DNA of 35,425 nt, from NCBI GenBank assembly GCA_031370545.1, contig JANMQQ010000037.1, positions 1-35,425 of the forward strand. Direction: 5' to 3'. The notes under the pieces were generated by a model, which was not told the origin of the DNA, searched no databases, and worked only from the letters and a program-made list of their open reading frames with translations. This stretch comes from Gammaproteobacteria bacterium (GTDB taxonomy: Bacteria > Pseudomonadota > Gammaproteobacteria > SG8-11). Shown piece by piece: positions 18,422-29,360 of the stretch (its first letter is position 1; each line of letters opens with the position of its first letter). Position numbers and translations under genes: made by a program.

Positions 18422-19054
18422 CTATTTCTCGGGCACGCTGCGTTTTGCACGCACTCGCTCTACGGCGGCGAGTATCGCTAGGCGATGCGCATCGAGCTGG
18501 GGTTGCGCCGACGCAATCGGCGAATTTTTTAAGGCTTGCCGCTGCTTGCGCTCAGCACGGTCGCGCGTGAGACGCTCAACGCGAAAATGATGACGTCGGC
18601 GCCCTTGCTCCGCCCGCAATGGTTTTTTATCAGGACTTTCTGTTGCCGCAGGCACCATCACAATGCAGTCCACCGGGCAGGGTGGAATGCATAACTCACA
18701 GCCGGTGCATTCGTCGGTAATCACGCTGTGCATGAGTTTGGTTGCGCCCAGAATGGCGTCAACCGGGCACGCCAGAATGCAGCGCGTGCAACCGATGCAC
18801 ACCGCCTCGTCGATTACCGCGACGGTGCGCGGCGCATGTTTGCCATGGATCGGATTGAGCGGTTTGGGCGCGCATTGCAGTAGCTGAGCAAGGGCGATGA
18901 TCGTGACATCACCGCCGGGTGGACATTGGTTCAAGTCAGCAGAATTTTCCGCCAACGCCTGTGCATACGCGTAACAATCAGCATAGCCACAACGTTGACA
19001 TTGGGTTTGCGGCAGCACGGCGTCAATGCGTTGGACGAGGGTGTCGTCAGACAT
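18422..19054 (-). CDS. rnfB: RnfB/RsxB-like iron-sulfur protein (stand-alone, no N-terminal membrane anchor)
   Basis: [11 protein letters not shown]...C...CPPGG FeS domain plus two ferredoxin motifs, [12 protein letters not shown] and [12 protein letters not shown]. Confidence 0.85.
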   Translation of the reverse strand: MSDDTLVQRIDAVLPQTQCQRCGYADCYAYAQALAENSADLNQCPPGGDVTIIALAQLLQCAPKPLNPIHGKHAPRTVAVIDEAVCIGCTRCILACPVDAILGATKLMHSVITDECTGCELCIPPCPVDCIVMVPAATESPDKKPLRAEQGRRRHHFRVERLTRDRAERKQRQALKNSPIASAQPQLDAHRLAILAAVERVRAKRSVPEK

Positions 19055-19075
19055 GTCCAGGGCACCAGTACGTGA

Positions 19076-20521
19076 CTATTCCGACTGCGTACCGCCTACC
19101 GTCAGACTGTCCACGCGCAATGTAGGCTGGCCCACGCCGACCGGGATACTTTGACCTTCCTTGCCACAGGTGCCCACGCCTTCATCAAGCTTTAGATCGT
19201 TGCCGACCATGCTCACGCGCGTAAGCACGTCGGGGCCGTTGCCGATCAAGGTGGCGCCTTTCACAGGGCGCGTGACTTTACCATTTTAGATCTGGTACGC
19301 CTCGCACGCAGAGAACACGAATTTGCCCGAGGTGATGTCGACTTGCCCGCCACCGAAATTCACTGCGTACAGGCCGTTTTGCACCGAGGCGATGATTTCC
19401 TGCGGATCGTATTTGCCCGCCAACATATAGGTGTTGGTCATGCGCGGCAGCGGCACGTGTGCGTACGATTCACGGCGCCCATTGCCGGTAAGTTTGGATT
19501 TGCTTAAACCCGCGTTTAATTTGTCTTGCATGTACTCTTTGAGGATGCCGTTTTCTATCAAGACCGTGCACTGCGTCGGCGTGCCTTCGTCGTCGATGTT
19601 CAGTGAACCGCGTCGACTCGCTAACGTGCCGTCGTCTACCACGGTGCATTGCTCATCCGCCACGCGCTGGCCAATGCGCCCGGAAAAGGCCGAGCTGCCT
19701 TTGCGATTGAAGTCGCCTTCCAAGCCGTGGCCAATGGCTTCGTGCAACAACACGCCCGGCCAACCCGGGCCAAGCACCACTTGCATGGTGCCTGCAGGCG
19801 CATCAACGGCATCCAGATTCACCAGCGCCGAACGCACTGCTTCGCGCGCAAACGCCAAGCCGCGCCCGTTCTCGACAAAATACTGCAAACCGAAACGTCC
19901 GCCGCCGCCAGACGAACTTTGTTCGCGCCGCCCGTTCTGTTCCACCGTCACGGTGACATTCATGCGCACCAAGGGCCGCACGTCAGCAGCCAGCGTTCCG
20001 TCGCTGGCGGCAATCAAAAATACGTCGTGCTCGCTCACCAGGCTCACAATCACTTGCTTCACACGTGGGTCGACACGCCGCGCTTCCGCATCGGCTGCAT
20101 GCAGCAATTGAATCTTGTCTTGCTCGCTCAACGTGCCGAGCGGATTCAGCGCCGGATAAAGCACCTTGCCCTGCGCCCTTTGCCACGCACGCACCTTGCC
20201 CTGCCCACCGTGTGCGGCAATGGAGCGCGCCGCGTTCGCTGCTTGCGTGATGGCGGGCAGCACGATTTCATCGGAATATGCGAAGCCGGTTTTTTCACCA
20301 CTGACCGCACGCACACCGACGCCACGCTCAATGTTGTGACCGCCTTCTTTTACGATCCCGTCTTCCAGCATCCACGACTCAAAGCGGCTGGCTTGAAAAT
20401 ATAAATCCGCGCTGTCGATGGCGTGCGTGAGCATGCTGTCCAAGGTACGGGTCAGGTCGTGTTCGGTGATGCCGCCGGGGGAAAGTAATTGTTCGCGAGC
20501 TAAATCCAAAGGTGCTTGCAT
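19076..20521 (-). pseudogene. tldD: Metalloprotease TldD interrupted by one in-frame TAA (19286-19288); either a true nonsense allele or a sequence error
   Basis: [33 protein letters not shown] and [11 protein letters not shown] motifs. After the stop the same frame continues [15 protein letters not shown]...[18 protein letters not shown] at 20521 has an AGGA RBS. Confidence 0.88.
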
Positions 20522-20532
20522 GGTTATCCTGA

Positions 20533-21351
20533 CTAAATCTTGCACTTGATGCGACGATGCGAAATCGCGGGGAAATTGCGACGCGTGGCGCGCAAGTAAT
20601 TGGGGTCCAAGTCAGCAATCGCAAAACCTGACCCATTTGGCAACCGATCTAACATCACGCCCCACGGGTCAACAATCATGCTGTGGCCAAAGGTTTCACG
20701 GCCGTTGAGATGGTAACCGCCCTGCGCGGGAGCGATGACGTAGCTCAAATTTTCAATCGCGCGCGCACGCACCAGAGTTTCCCAATGCGCCTTGCCGGTG
20801 ATGGCGGTAAACGCGGAAGGCAACGCAATCACCTCAACGCTTTGATCGAGCATCTGACGAAATAATTCCGGGAAGCGCAAGTCGTAACAGATCGCCAGAC
20901 CCAACCGACCAAACGGCGTATCCACAACCACCACCTCGTTACCTGGCTCGATGACGGCGGACTCGACATAAACTTCTTTGGTTTCTTCAATGCGTACGTC
21001 GAACAAATGAATTTTGTCGTAGCGCGCAACGCGCTGACCACGATCATTAAACAGCAAACATGCGGCACGTACTTTTTTCGGATCGTCGGCGACTAACGGC
21101 ACGGTTCCGCCGACAATCCAAATACCCTGATTTTTGGCTTGATCAGCCAGAAAGTCTTGAATGGGCCCCTTACCCAGCGGCTCGCGGATTTTAACCACAT
21201 CCTGTGGAGCCAAACCCATGATGGCGAAGTTTTCCGGCAACACCACGAGCTCGGCGCCGTCTTGCGCCGCAAGCGCAATCAAGCGCCCGGCTTCGATGAG
21301 GTTGTAGCTGACGTTGGGACCCGACGCCATCTGCACCGCCGCGACTTTCAT
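20533..21351 (-). CDS. Carbon-nitrogen hydrolase (Nit1-like, deaminated glutathione amidase type)
   Basis: E-K-C triad in LPENF, YDKIHLF and ICYDLRFPE. Also ARAIEN and [10 protein letters not shown]. Usual position between yhdP and tldD. Confidence 0.92.
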   Translation of the reverse strand: MKVAAVQMASGPNVSYNLIEAGRLIALAAQDGAELVVLPENFAIMGLAPQDVVKIREPLGKGPIQDFLADQAKNQGIWIVGGTVPLVADDPKKVRAACLLFNDRGQRVARYDKIHLFDVRIEETKEVYVESAVIEPGNEVVVVDTPFGRLGLAICYDLRFPELFRQMLDQSVEVIALPSAFTAITGKAHWETLVRARAIENLSYVIAPAQGGYHLNGRETFGHSMIVDPWGVMLDRLPNGSGFAIADLDPNYLRATRRNFPAISHRRIKCKI

Positions 21352-21456
21352 TCAATTCTCCTTGAGGCACACGCACGGGCGTGCGTACCAACAGGATAGC
21401 ATCAGCACACCCTTTTTTTCATCGGCAAGAAATAGGTATTTGATGAACGTCGAATG

Positions 21457-24400
21457 CTACGGTGTTTCTGGAAATGCGGGTGGCGACACCGCCGCAGTGA
21501 CGCGCTCGACGAGCGGATTGTCCCAACTGCCCTTGATGGTGTAATCCACGCCGACGGCCTCATCAATTTGGGTTTGAAAAATTTTGCCCAGCACGTAAGT
21601 CGCAATGCCCACTTGCGGTGACAAGTAAGCGATGGCAGTGAGCGCGGGCACGCTGGCGGTAAGTTCAGGAATCACATGCACGCGCTGATCGTAATCACGT
21701 TCTGACAAACCAATTCGTCCGGTCGCACGCACTTTGGCGGCGGGGCCATTCATCGCAAGATTGTTGGTGTACGCCTCGCCATGTTCAAGACGGAACTCGC
21801 CTTTGATGTCGTCAAACGCAAAGCCCTTGGAAAACAAATCGGAAAAATCCAGCGCCAATCGCCGCGGCAACGCTTGAATCGACAACAGTGCAAACAAGCG
21901 ACCGGCGCCGGGATTTAATTCCAACATGCGACCCTTCTTGATATCCAGCGTGAGTTTGCCGTCGATATTTTCCGGTGCGACATCGGCCAATGGAGCCGCC
22001 CAAGCGGCGTGCACGTTGATACGCCCGCTGCCACCGGCAATACCGTTAGCGTAACCAAAGGTGTTCATGGTGACGCCCACATCCTCACTGATAACATCCG
22101 CATCAAAACGCGACTGATGCTGCTTACCGTCGTAGGTCCATGCGCCTGAGCCGTTTACCATGGTCGATGGCGCGTTCAGCTCCAGCTTGTCGACACGCCA
22201 GCCATAGGCAAACTTCGACGCGCGCATTTGCATGCGGCCGAAATCAACTTTGCCATACACAAATTTTTCGGCCTTGAGCTCAACCGCCGGGAGTTGACGT
22301 GGATCCACGGTCGACGCGGTCGTAACCTCACTTGGCGTGTAATGCCAGTGGGTTAAGTCAATATTGATCGGTGCCTGTGCGAGTTCGAATGGCACACGAA
22401 TACGACCCGAAAAATCCGGACTGACTATAGTGGTGCGCCACTCTTTCGCGCCGCGCACGATCTTGACATGCGCATCGCTCAACGCTTGGCCAAATGCCAA
22501 CAACTGGTTTGCATGCACATCCAGGTCGTAGAGTAGGCGCGATGAAGCGGCAGCGTCGCCGTTGGGCCAATTGGCACCGCCCGCAAATGTGCGCCATGCA
22601 TCGAGCGAAAATTTTTCCAGATTGCCGCTAACGCGAACACCGGGAGGCTTGGGCAGTGCGGCCTTGCCTTCGCCGAAATGTAATTCACCCCGCGCAATTC
22701 GCGCTACGTCATGCTCGTTGACCAACTGCACAGCGGTATGCAAACGATTGCCATATTGCACGAAAAGTTTTTGCTCGGTGTCGGTCATGTCGGCGTTGAC
22801 TTCAACATAGAGCGGCTCACCAGCGGGTTTGGCCAAGGGCTCAGGCAAGCTGACCGTGACGTTGTCCCACAAGGCTTCGACATGCAATTTTTTGGCAGTG
22901 TTGCCGCCCGAACTGAGCGGCAATTTCAGATTGGCCTGCCAACGTCCTTCGCCTTGGAAATAGCGGCCCCAATCGGGATTGATCCGCGCCATTAACTGAC
23001 TAGGCGCTAAACTTCCACGACTCTTGATCTGCACTTGTGCCGCACCGTCGGCGCGCAGCGTGCGAATCTCCAGCGTGGCAGGTTGGTCCAACACGTGCGC
23101 CTTGATCCGGTCGCCGCGAATACCGTCGTTGTCGATCCACAAGGTTCCATCCACGCGGCTCAACAGTTCGCCCCAGTGTCCCAGATTCAGTGCATTGTCG
23201 TGCAACCGCGCTTGGGCACTCACCTTGACATCATGCGACATCGCACGCCCCAGCGGCACGGCCATATCCAGTCGCAGCTCACCCGCACCCCGCACCACCA
23301 CATCGGTCAGATCACGGCCGATCATCTCGCGCAGTGGCGGTGCAATCTGCAAAAACGCCAGCTGTTCTTTCGTTTCGCCTTTTACGTCACCAGAAATAGT
23401 CAAGATAGCGTACTCCGACGCCATGTCTGGAATCGTCACAAACACATTCGACACCGCCGAATTCATAATTTGCGCTGAATTCCCGCGCATTTCCATGCTA
23501 CTGCCACTGAACACCAGCTCGGCGTCGATATTGTCAATACGTGGCCAGTCAGGTAGATAATCCAACGCGCCGCCAACGACATTGCCACGCGCTTCAAAAC
23601 GGCCTTGACCTTGCGCGAATGGAAACTGATCCACACGACCGTGCAACACAACCCCGCCCTGCGTCACCTGGCCCTCTTTAACAGACCGGTCAACCCATGC
23701 CACCACTGCCGGTGACATGATAGTGGTCGGCAAATACCGCGAGGTACTATGGCCATCGCCATCTTTAAATGTCGCGACCAGGTCCAGGTAGGGCGCGGTC
23801 TGTGCGTTGGGCGCGCTGATTTCTACACTGGCGTGCACATCGGCATCGACGCTGCGCACGCTGAGTTCATCGCCCGCGACGCGCCAGGCGCCGCTGTCAG
23901 CATCGTGTTCCCATTCGACTCGGCCGCGCACCGCGCCTAACGGAAAGGCGCTGCGAAATACCTTCGGCAGATCCAGCGTGGCGCCGGGGGTGGCTAAATC
24001 CAACCTGCCCGAGCGTTCGTCCGCGGCTAACGAGCCGGTGACTCCGCTGAACCCAGGCAATGCCTTCCACGGCGAGACTTCCAAGCCCAATACGTCAGCG
24101 TGCACCTGATAACGCGGGTGCGTGGTCCCGGCGCTGAAACTAATCGCCACGTCGTGTGCATCACCACGTGGCTGCATCTTGTCTAAATATTCACGCCATG
24201 ACCCCTCGAGTTGCGGTAGCGCCGCGCTGACGGCGGCAACATCCTCCACGCGCAGAAAACTGAATTGCGTTTCGAAGGCGGGCGCTGCGGTCGAATCGCT
24301 GTGGTTATAAATGATTTGCGCGCGCGCATCCGGCCAGGTGTGGCCATCGCGATTAACCACTAAACGATTCAAGCTTAAATCCCAACCTGCATCGCGCCGC

Positions 24401-25317
24401 CGCCAGCGCAGCTGGGTTTTGAGTTGCTCGAACGTGGTGGTCTGATCGTTGGTCGTCGCAAGCGCAACGTTGCGTCCAGCGATTTCGCCCGTTAGCTGAC
24501 CCAGGCCGTTGTCCCAATGACCCCAAAGTTGTACATCCGCCGTACCGGTTTTGACTGGAACGCTAACCGCATCGCTCCATTGTTGCGCCGCACCGGCAAG
24601 GTTGATGTGTTTGCCGCCGAGGTAGGACTGACCCGTCCAGGTTTGCGGTTGCAGGGGATCGCCGGTCGCATCCATGCTGAAGGCCACTTGCTCACCCAGG
24701 TCACTTGGCAACGACATGCTACCTTCCAAGCGGTGATGCTGTGCTTGGTTACGCAACCGCACGTTGACGTGAGTGAAGTGCAGCGTGACGGCATCGCTGC
24801 GCAAATCCCGCCAGTCCACAGAACTGTCGCTGATCTGCCACTGCAATTGTCCAAACAGCCATTGCGCTGCCGACGCGGTATCCACTGGCGAGTCAGTGGC
24901 GGCATGCCCTAATCCGGCGATGCGTAAATTGCCCTCCGGCAGACGTTCGATCACCAGATGCACACCCGAAACCGAAACGCCGCTGAGTCCCAAACGCCCG
25001 TGCGTCAGCAGCGATCCCAAATCAAAGTTCAAACGTGCCGCTGCAAAGCGACCAATTTCTTGCTTGCCACCGGCATCCAGGATGCGCACGTCTTTGACAA
25101 TCAGCTGTGGACCGAAGCGATCCCAACTCGCATCCAGACGACCGATGCGCACCGGCGTCTGCAAGGTGGCGCTCAGCAATTGTTCGATATGTTGTGTGTA
25201 TTGATGCGCGTGTGGCAGCAACCAACGCGCCGCTGTTAGCGCCGTAGCAGAAACAACGAGAAGAATGATCAGAGCATACCCGAGGGTATACCCGAGAAAG
25301 CGAAAGGCTCGCGTCAT
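21457..25317 (-). CDS. yhdP: YhdP/AsmA-family envelope lipid-transport protein
   Basis: About 1290 aa with an N-terminal TM helix. C-terminal GAGRLF.LLS..ALPRRL.LDFSDLF.KGFAFD and Y.I.GSWDNP motifs. Follows rng. Start uncertain (TTG 25338 or ATG 25317). Confidence 0.92.
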   Translation of the reverse strand: MTRAFRFLGYTLGYALIILLVVSATALTAARWLLPHAHQYTQHIEQLLSATLQTPVRIGRLDASWDRFGPQLIVKDVRILDAGGKQEIGRFAAARLNFDLGSLLTHGRLGLSGVSVSGVHLVIERLPEGNLRIAGLGHAATDSPVDTASAAQWLFGQLQWQISDSSVDWRDLRSDAVTLHFTHVNVRLRNQAQHHRLEGSMSLPSDLGEQVAFSMDATGDPLQPQTWTGQSYLGGKHINLAGAAQQWSDAVSVPVKTGTADVQLWGHWDNGLGQLTGEIAGRNVALATTNDQTTTFEQLKTQLRWRRRDAGWDLSLNRLVVNRDGHTWPDARAQIIYNHSDSTAAPAFETQFSFLRVEDVAAVSAALPQLEGSWREYLDKMQPRGDAHDVAISFSAGTTHPRYQVHADVLGLEVSPWKALPGFSGVTGSLAADERSGRLDLATPGATLDLPKVFRSAFPLGAVRGRVEWEHDADSGAWRVAGDELSVRSVDADVHASVEISAPNAQTAPYLDLVATFKDGDGHSTSRYLPTTIMSPAVVAWVDRSVKEGQVTQGGVVLHGRVDQFPFAQGQGRFEARGNVVGGALDYLPDWPRIDNIDAELVFSGSSMEMRGNSAQIMNSAVSNVFVTIPDMASEYAILTISGDVKGETKEQLAFLQIAPPLREMIGRDLTDVVVRGAGELRLDMAVPLGRAMSHDVKVSAQARLHDNALNLGHWGELLSRVDGTLWIDNDGIRGDRIKAHVLDQPATLEIRTLRADGAAQVQIKSRGSLAPSQLMARINPDWGRYFQGEGRWQANLKLPLSSGGNTAKKLHVEALWDNVTVSLPEPLAKPAGEPLYVEVNADMTDTEQKLFVQYGNRLHTAVQLVNEHDVARIARGELHFGEGKAALPKPPGVRVSGNLEKFSLDAWRTFAGGANWPNGDAAASSRLLYDLDVHANQLLAFGQALSDAHVKIVRGAKEWRTTIVSPDFSGRIRVPFELAQAPINIDLTHWHYTPSEVTTASTVDPRQLPAVELKAEKFVYGKVDFGRMQMRASKFAYGWRVDKLELNAPSTMVNGSGAWTYDGKQHQSRFDADVISEDVGVTMNTFGYANGIAGGSGRINVHAAWAAPLADVAPENIDGKLTLDIKKGRMLELNPGAGRLFALLSIQALPRRLALDFSDLFSKGFAFDDIKGEFRLEHGEAYTNNLAMNGPAAKVRATGRIGLSERDYDQRVHVIPELTASVPALTAIAYLSPQVGIATYVLGKIFQTQIDEAVGVDYTIKGSWDNPLVERVTAAVSPPAFPETP

Positions 25318-25405
25318 TGCGACAACCACCCGGGCCAAAATCGTCGTAGGATTACGACGCTGCCCTCAGTCCATCACCCATTAAAGTTCACCCGAAACCC
25401 GGGCT

Positions 25406-26899
25406 CTATAATAACACCACGTCAAACTGTTCCTGCGCGTACTGCGTCTCGACCTGGAAGGTTATCGACTTGCCGATAAAAGTTTCCAGCTCGGCGACGC
25501 TGGCGGACTCCTCGTCCAGCATGCGATCCGCCACTTCCTGCGATGCGAGCACCAGAAAACGCTGCGCTTCATACTGGCGCGCCTCGCGCAGGATCTCGCG
25601 GAAAATCTCGTAGCAAATGGTCTCGGCGGTTTTGATTGAGCCGCGTCCCTGACAGGTTGGACAAGTTTCGCACAGGATATGCGCCAGACTTTCGCGGGTA
25701 CGTTTACGCGTCATTTCGACCAGCCCAAGGTTCGACACCTCGCTGATCTGGCTCTTGGCATGATCTTTTTCGAGCTTCTTTTCCAGTGCGCGCAGCACTT
25801 GGCGGCGATGCTCCATATCCTGCATGTCGATGAAGTCGATGATGATAATGCCACCCAGGTTGCGCAGCCGCAGTTGGCGCACGATGGACTGAGCGGCCTC
25901 CAGATTGGTCTTGAAGATGGTTTCTTCCAGATTGCGGCTACCGACAAAGGCGCCAGTATTGACGTCAATCGTGGTCATCGCTTCGGTCTGGTCGATGATC
26001 AAATAGCCGCCGGACTTGAGCTGTACTTTGCGTTCGAGCGATTTTTGAATTTCATCCTCTACGCCATACAGATCAAAGATCGGCCGCTCACCCGGATAAT
26101 GTTCAATACGTGGCGCCAGCTCGGGAATAAATTTGGTCGCGAATTTGACCACTTTCTGAAATGTCTCGCGCGAATCAATACGCACTTTTTCCACATCGCC
26201 GCCCACCATGTCGCGCATGGTGCGCATCGCTAGGCGCAGGTCTTCGTGAATCAGCGTGCCCGGCGCTTCAGTGCGCGCGCGCTCCTGAATCGAACTCCAG
26301 ACTTTGTGCAAAAACGCCATGTCGGCATGAAACGCTTGTTCGAGCGCGCCTTCGCCCACGGTGCGCACGATGTAGCCCGCTTGCGGAAATTCCGGCGAAT
26401 ATTTGGTCAGCAGGTCTTTCAAGCGCTGGCGTTCTGCTTCGCTTTCAATTTTTTGCGACACACCGATGTGTGTTAAATCCGGCATCAATACCAAGAAACG
26501 CGCCGGGATCGAAATCTCGGTGGTCAGCCGCGCGCCCTTGGTGCCGAGTGGATCTTTCACCACCTGCACCATAATGCTTTGGCCTTCGTGCACCAGTTCG
26601 GTGATCGGTTTGTGTTCGCCGCGCGGCAACGCGATTTTATCTTCACCCGGCACTTCTGACTTCGCCTGTTCCGGCACCATGATGTCAGACGCGTGCAGAA
26701 AAGCGGCGCGCTCCAATCCAATGTCAATAAACGCAGCCTGCATGCCTGGCAACACCCGCACCACTTTGCCTTTGTAAATATTGCTGACCAGGCCCAAACG
26801 GCTGGCGCGCTCGACATAGATTTCCTGCAACACCCCGTTTTCAAGCACGGCGACGCGCGTTTCGCGCGGGGTGACGTTGATCAGGATTTCTTCGCTCAT
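25406..26899 (-). CDS. rng: Ribonuclease G
   Basis: NIYKGKVVRVLPGMQAAF S1 domain, IDVNTG, LRLRNLGGIIIIDFIDM and CPTCQGRG motifs. Confidence 0.97.
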   Translation of the reverse strand: MSEEILINVTPRETRVAVLENGVLQEIYVERASRLGLVSNIYKGKVVRVLPGMQAAFIDIGLERAAFLHASDIMVPEQAKSEVPGEDKIALPRGEHKPITELVHEGQSIMVQVVKDPLGTKGARLTTEISIPARFLVLMPDLTHIGVSQKIESEAERQRLKDLLTKYSPEFPQAGYIVRTVGEGALEQAFHADMAFLHKVWSSIQERARTEAPGTLIHEDLRLAMRTMRDMVGGDVEKVRIDSRETFQKVVKFATKFIPELAPRIEHYPGERPIFDLYGVEDEIQKSLERKVQLKSGGYLIIDQTEAMTTIDVNTGAFVGSRNLEETIFKTNLEAAQSIVRQLRLRNLGGIIIIDFIDMQDMEHRRQVLRALEKKLEKDHAKSQISEVSNLGLVEMTRKRTRESLAHILCETCPTCQGRGSIKTAETICYEIFREILREARQYEAQRFLVLASQEVADRMLDEESASVAELETFIGKSITFQVETQYAQEQFDVVLL

Positions 26900-27522
26900 G
26901 TCTTCACCGAATTCTGTTCACTCATCAACACGTCGATTCCAGCTTCACGCAGCAACTCCGCTGTTTCAAATATCGGCAATCCCATTACTCCAGAATAGCT
27001 GCCCTCGAGCCTAGTGATAAATACAGCGCCCAAACCTTGCACCGCATAACCACCCGCTTTATCGACGGGCTCGCCGCTCGCCCAGTAGGCTACGCGCTCG
27101 TGTGGGGTAGCATTTCGAAAGCTGACGATGCTGCGACTTACCCGTAACCACTCAGACTCACCATACACCAAGGCCACCGCGCTGAGCACCTCATGCGTGC
27201 GTCCGGACAGGCGCTCAAGCATCGCAAGCCCGGCATTGCGGTCAGCGGGTTTGCCGAGAATCGCGCCGTCCAACACCACCTCAGTATCCGCGCCCAACAC
27301 CGGGCACTGCTCGTGCGGTAGCAGTCGCTGCCACACCGTGCGCGCCTTGGCCAAGGCCACACGGCGGACGTAGTCCTCAGCGGCTTCCTCCGGCGCGGCG
27401 GTTTCTTCCGAGTTCGACACGATCACCCGAAACCGCACGCCGATTTGTTGCAGCAATTCGCGGCGGCGGGGGGAGGCGGAGGCAAGGACGATTTGGGATT
27501 GATTGGGCAAGTTGGAAAGCAT
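26896..27522 (-). CDS. maf: Maf-family nucleoside triphosphate pyrophosphatase (YhdE type)
   Basis: LASASPRRRELL, GADTEV, ILGKP, DKAGGYAVQG and GSYSGVMGLP motifs. ATG at 27522 avoids the overlap with rlmH. Confidence 0.95.
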   Translation of the reverse strand: MLSNLPNQSQIVLASASPRRRELLQQIGVRFRVIVSNSEETAAPEEAAEDYVRRVALAKARTVWQRLLPHEQCPVLGADTEVVLDGAILGKPADRNAGLAMLERLSGRTHEVLSAVALVYGESEWLRVSRSIVSFRNATPHERVAYWASGEPVDKAGGYAVQGLGAVFITRLEGSYSGVMGLPIFETAELLREAGIDVLMSEQNSVKT

Positions 27523-27533
27523 GCAACTCGGGA

Positions 27534-28007
27534 TTATCCGCCGCGATGATAGGGATGATTTTTCAAGATAGTCCACGCGCGATACAACTGCTCAGCCAGC
27601 ACCACGCGCACCAGCGGATGCGGTAACGTCAGCCGCGACAACGACCAGCGTTGCGCTGCGCGTTCGACGCAACGTGCATCCAAACCTTCCGGGCCACCGA
27701 TCAGTAGCGCGACATCGCTGCCGCCGTGCAGCCAAATGTCAAGCTCGCGCGCCAGTTCTTCGGTGCTCCACGCTTTGCCCGACACATCAAGTGCCAGCAC
27801 GCGCGCACCTTTGGGAATCGCGGCGAGAACTTTGCCGCCTTCTTTGTGTAACACCTGCTGCACGTCGACATTTTTGCCGCGCTTCCCGGCGGCTATTTCC
27901 ACCAACTGCAAAGCGCATTCGTGCGGCAGACGCTTGGCATATTCGTCGTAGCCCTGCGTGATCCACGCGGGCATGCGTTGACCGACGGCGATCAAATGAA
28001 TGCGCAT
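27534..28007 (-). CDS. rlmH: 23S rRNA (pseudouridine1915-N3)-methyltransferase
   Basis: [30 protein letters not shown] and HPYHR motifs. Confidence 0.97.
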   Translation of the reverse strand: MRIHLIAVGQRMPAWITQGYDEYAKRLPHECALQLVEIAAGKRGKNVDVQQVLHKEGGKVLAAIPKGARVLALDVSGKAWSTEELARELDIWLHGGSDVALLIGGPEGLDARCVERAAQRWSLSRLTLPHPLVRVVLAEQLYRAWTILKNHPYHRGG

Positions 28008-28030
28008 TTTTAAACTGAGGAGACTCGCCG

Positions 28031-28384
28031 CTAACGAAGCTGTGCAACCGGCCTGACGAGGTCGTCACCCGACCACAAGCGTTCCAGCCCGTAAAAATCG
28101 CGGATTTCAGGCAGCATCACGTGCACCACGACATCACCCAAATCCACCAGCACCCAGTCGCCCACCCGCTCGCCTTCCATGCCTAGCGGCCGTACCCCGG
28201 CGACCTTGGCTTTCTCGAACACGTTGGCCGCGAGCGAGCGCGTTTGCCGGTCGGTCTTGCCCGTGGCGACCACCATCACATCGGTGATGCCGGTGCGACT
28301 GCGTACATCAATCACGCGAATATCCACCGCCTTGATATCTTCCAAGGCGTCGACCACGACTTTTACCAGTTCTTCAGTATTCAC
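28031..28384 (-). CDS. rsfS: Ribosome silencing factor
   Basis: [24 protein letters not shown] and R.FY.LERLW motifs. Confidence 0.96.
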   Translation of the reverse strand: MNTEELVKVVVDALEDIKAVDIRVIDVRSRTGITDVMVVATGKTDRQTRSLAANVFEKAKVAGVRPLGMEGERVGDWVLVDLGDVVVHVMLPEIRDFYGLERLWSGDDLVRPVAQLR

Positions 28385-29046
28385 AAACCACCTGCCGCTT
28401 TGTTGTAAAGATTTTGACTGCGAATGTAATCGTACACCGCATCGGGAACCAGATAACGCACGCTTTTGCCCTGCCGCAGTAGTGCGCGGATGCGCGACGA
28501 CGATAAATCAAATTGACTGACTTGCGCGAAAAATAACTGCCCGCCTGCAACATCACGCAGATTGCGCGCCTCAACCGTCGTGTGTTCCTGGACCAGCCGC
28601 GCCAGTTCCGCGTTGCCAATTTGTCCGGTGGGATTCCAGCCCGGCCGGTACACCACCACCAGATGCGCGAGCCCAAGAATTTCCTGCCAGCGGTGCCAGG
28701 TATCGAAATTAACAAACTGGTCGGCACCAATGATCAAACACAAGGGCACCGCCGGGAATTCAACGCGCAATGATTGCAGCGTGAAAAATGTGTAACACGG
28801 CCCCTCGCGCTGAATCTCGCGCTCATCAACGATTAGCCCTGGCTCGCCGACAATGGCCAGCCGCAACATCGCCACACGTTGCTGCGCCGTGGCCACGGGC
28901 GGAGTGCGATGCGGCGGTTGGCCGCAGGGGAAAAAGCGCAGCTCGCTCAAATCAAGCACGTCGCGCACTTCCAGCGCCGTGCGTAAATGAGCCAGATGAA
29001 TGGGATCGAACGAGCCGCCGAGGATGCCGATGGGATTCATGGTCAT
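28381..29046 (-). CDS. nadD: Nicotinate-nucleotide adenylyltransferase
   Basis: [20 protein letters not shown] and LSSSRIR motifs. Confidence 0.96.
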   Translation of the reverse strand: MTMNPIGILGGSFDPIHLAHLRTALEVRDVLDLSELRFFPCGQPPHRTPPVATAQQRVAMLRLAIVGEPGLIVDEREIQREGPCYTFFTLQSLRVEFPAVPLCLIIGADQFVNFDTWHRWQEILGLAHLVVVYRPGWNPTGQIGNAELARLVQEHTTVEARNLRDVAGGQLFFAQVSQFDLSSSRIRALLRQGKSVRYLVPDAVYDYIRSQNLYNKAAGGL

Positions 29047-29360
29047 GCGTTCGTTCCGGGGAACCGATCAGCTACCGACTCCAGCAGCCGCCTCCCATGA
29101 ATCACTGCCACGACCAAGATCTGCTTTTGCTCGATGCGATACACAAACCGGTAGCTGTACACAAACCGCTCTCTGATACGTTCATCGTCAAACTCAGGCA
29201 CTACACGACCGATATGCGGAAAGTCAGCGAGTGTGCTTGATGCTGAGAATATCTTTGCCACCACAGCGCGCGCATAAAACGCAGAATCCCGGCCAATAAA
29301 CTCCGCGATGGCCTTGACATCTTCGGTTGCCTCGGGCGACCACTCTATTCGGTAATCCAT
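29043..29360 (-). CDS. Type II toxin, RelE/ParE family
   Basis: 105 aa with W...A..D...I..FI..DS, L..FP..GR.VPE, YR..YRI and I.V.AV.HG.R patterns. Overlaps the upstream small gene. Confidence 0.88.
   Translation of the reverse strand: MDYRIEWSPEATEDVKAIAEFIGRDSAFYARAVVAKIFSASSTLADFPHIGRVVPEFDDERIRERFVYSYRFVYRIEQKQILVVAVIHGRRLLESVADRFPGTNA

Noticed and set aside
19076-19264. Separate 62-aa gene
   Set aside because: It is the in-frame C-terminus of TldD beyond the premature stop.
19431-20404. Long + strand ORFs (226 and 251 aa) opposite tldD, and similar shadows opposite pilY1, yhdP, rng and leuS
   Set aside because: They fully overlap well-supported genes and are expected in GC-rich DNA.
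21368-21403. Small hairpin (acgcacgggcgtgcgt) and a TGnTATCCT extended -10-like sequence upstream of the nitrilase gene
   Set aside because: A plausible internal promoter or leader hairpin, but too short to support without TSS data.
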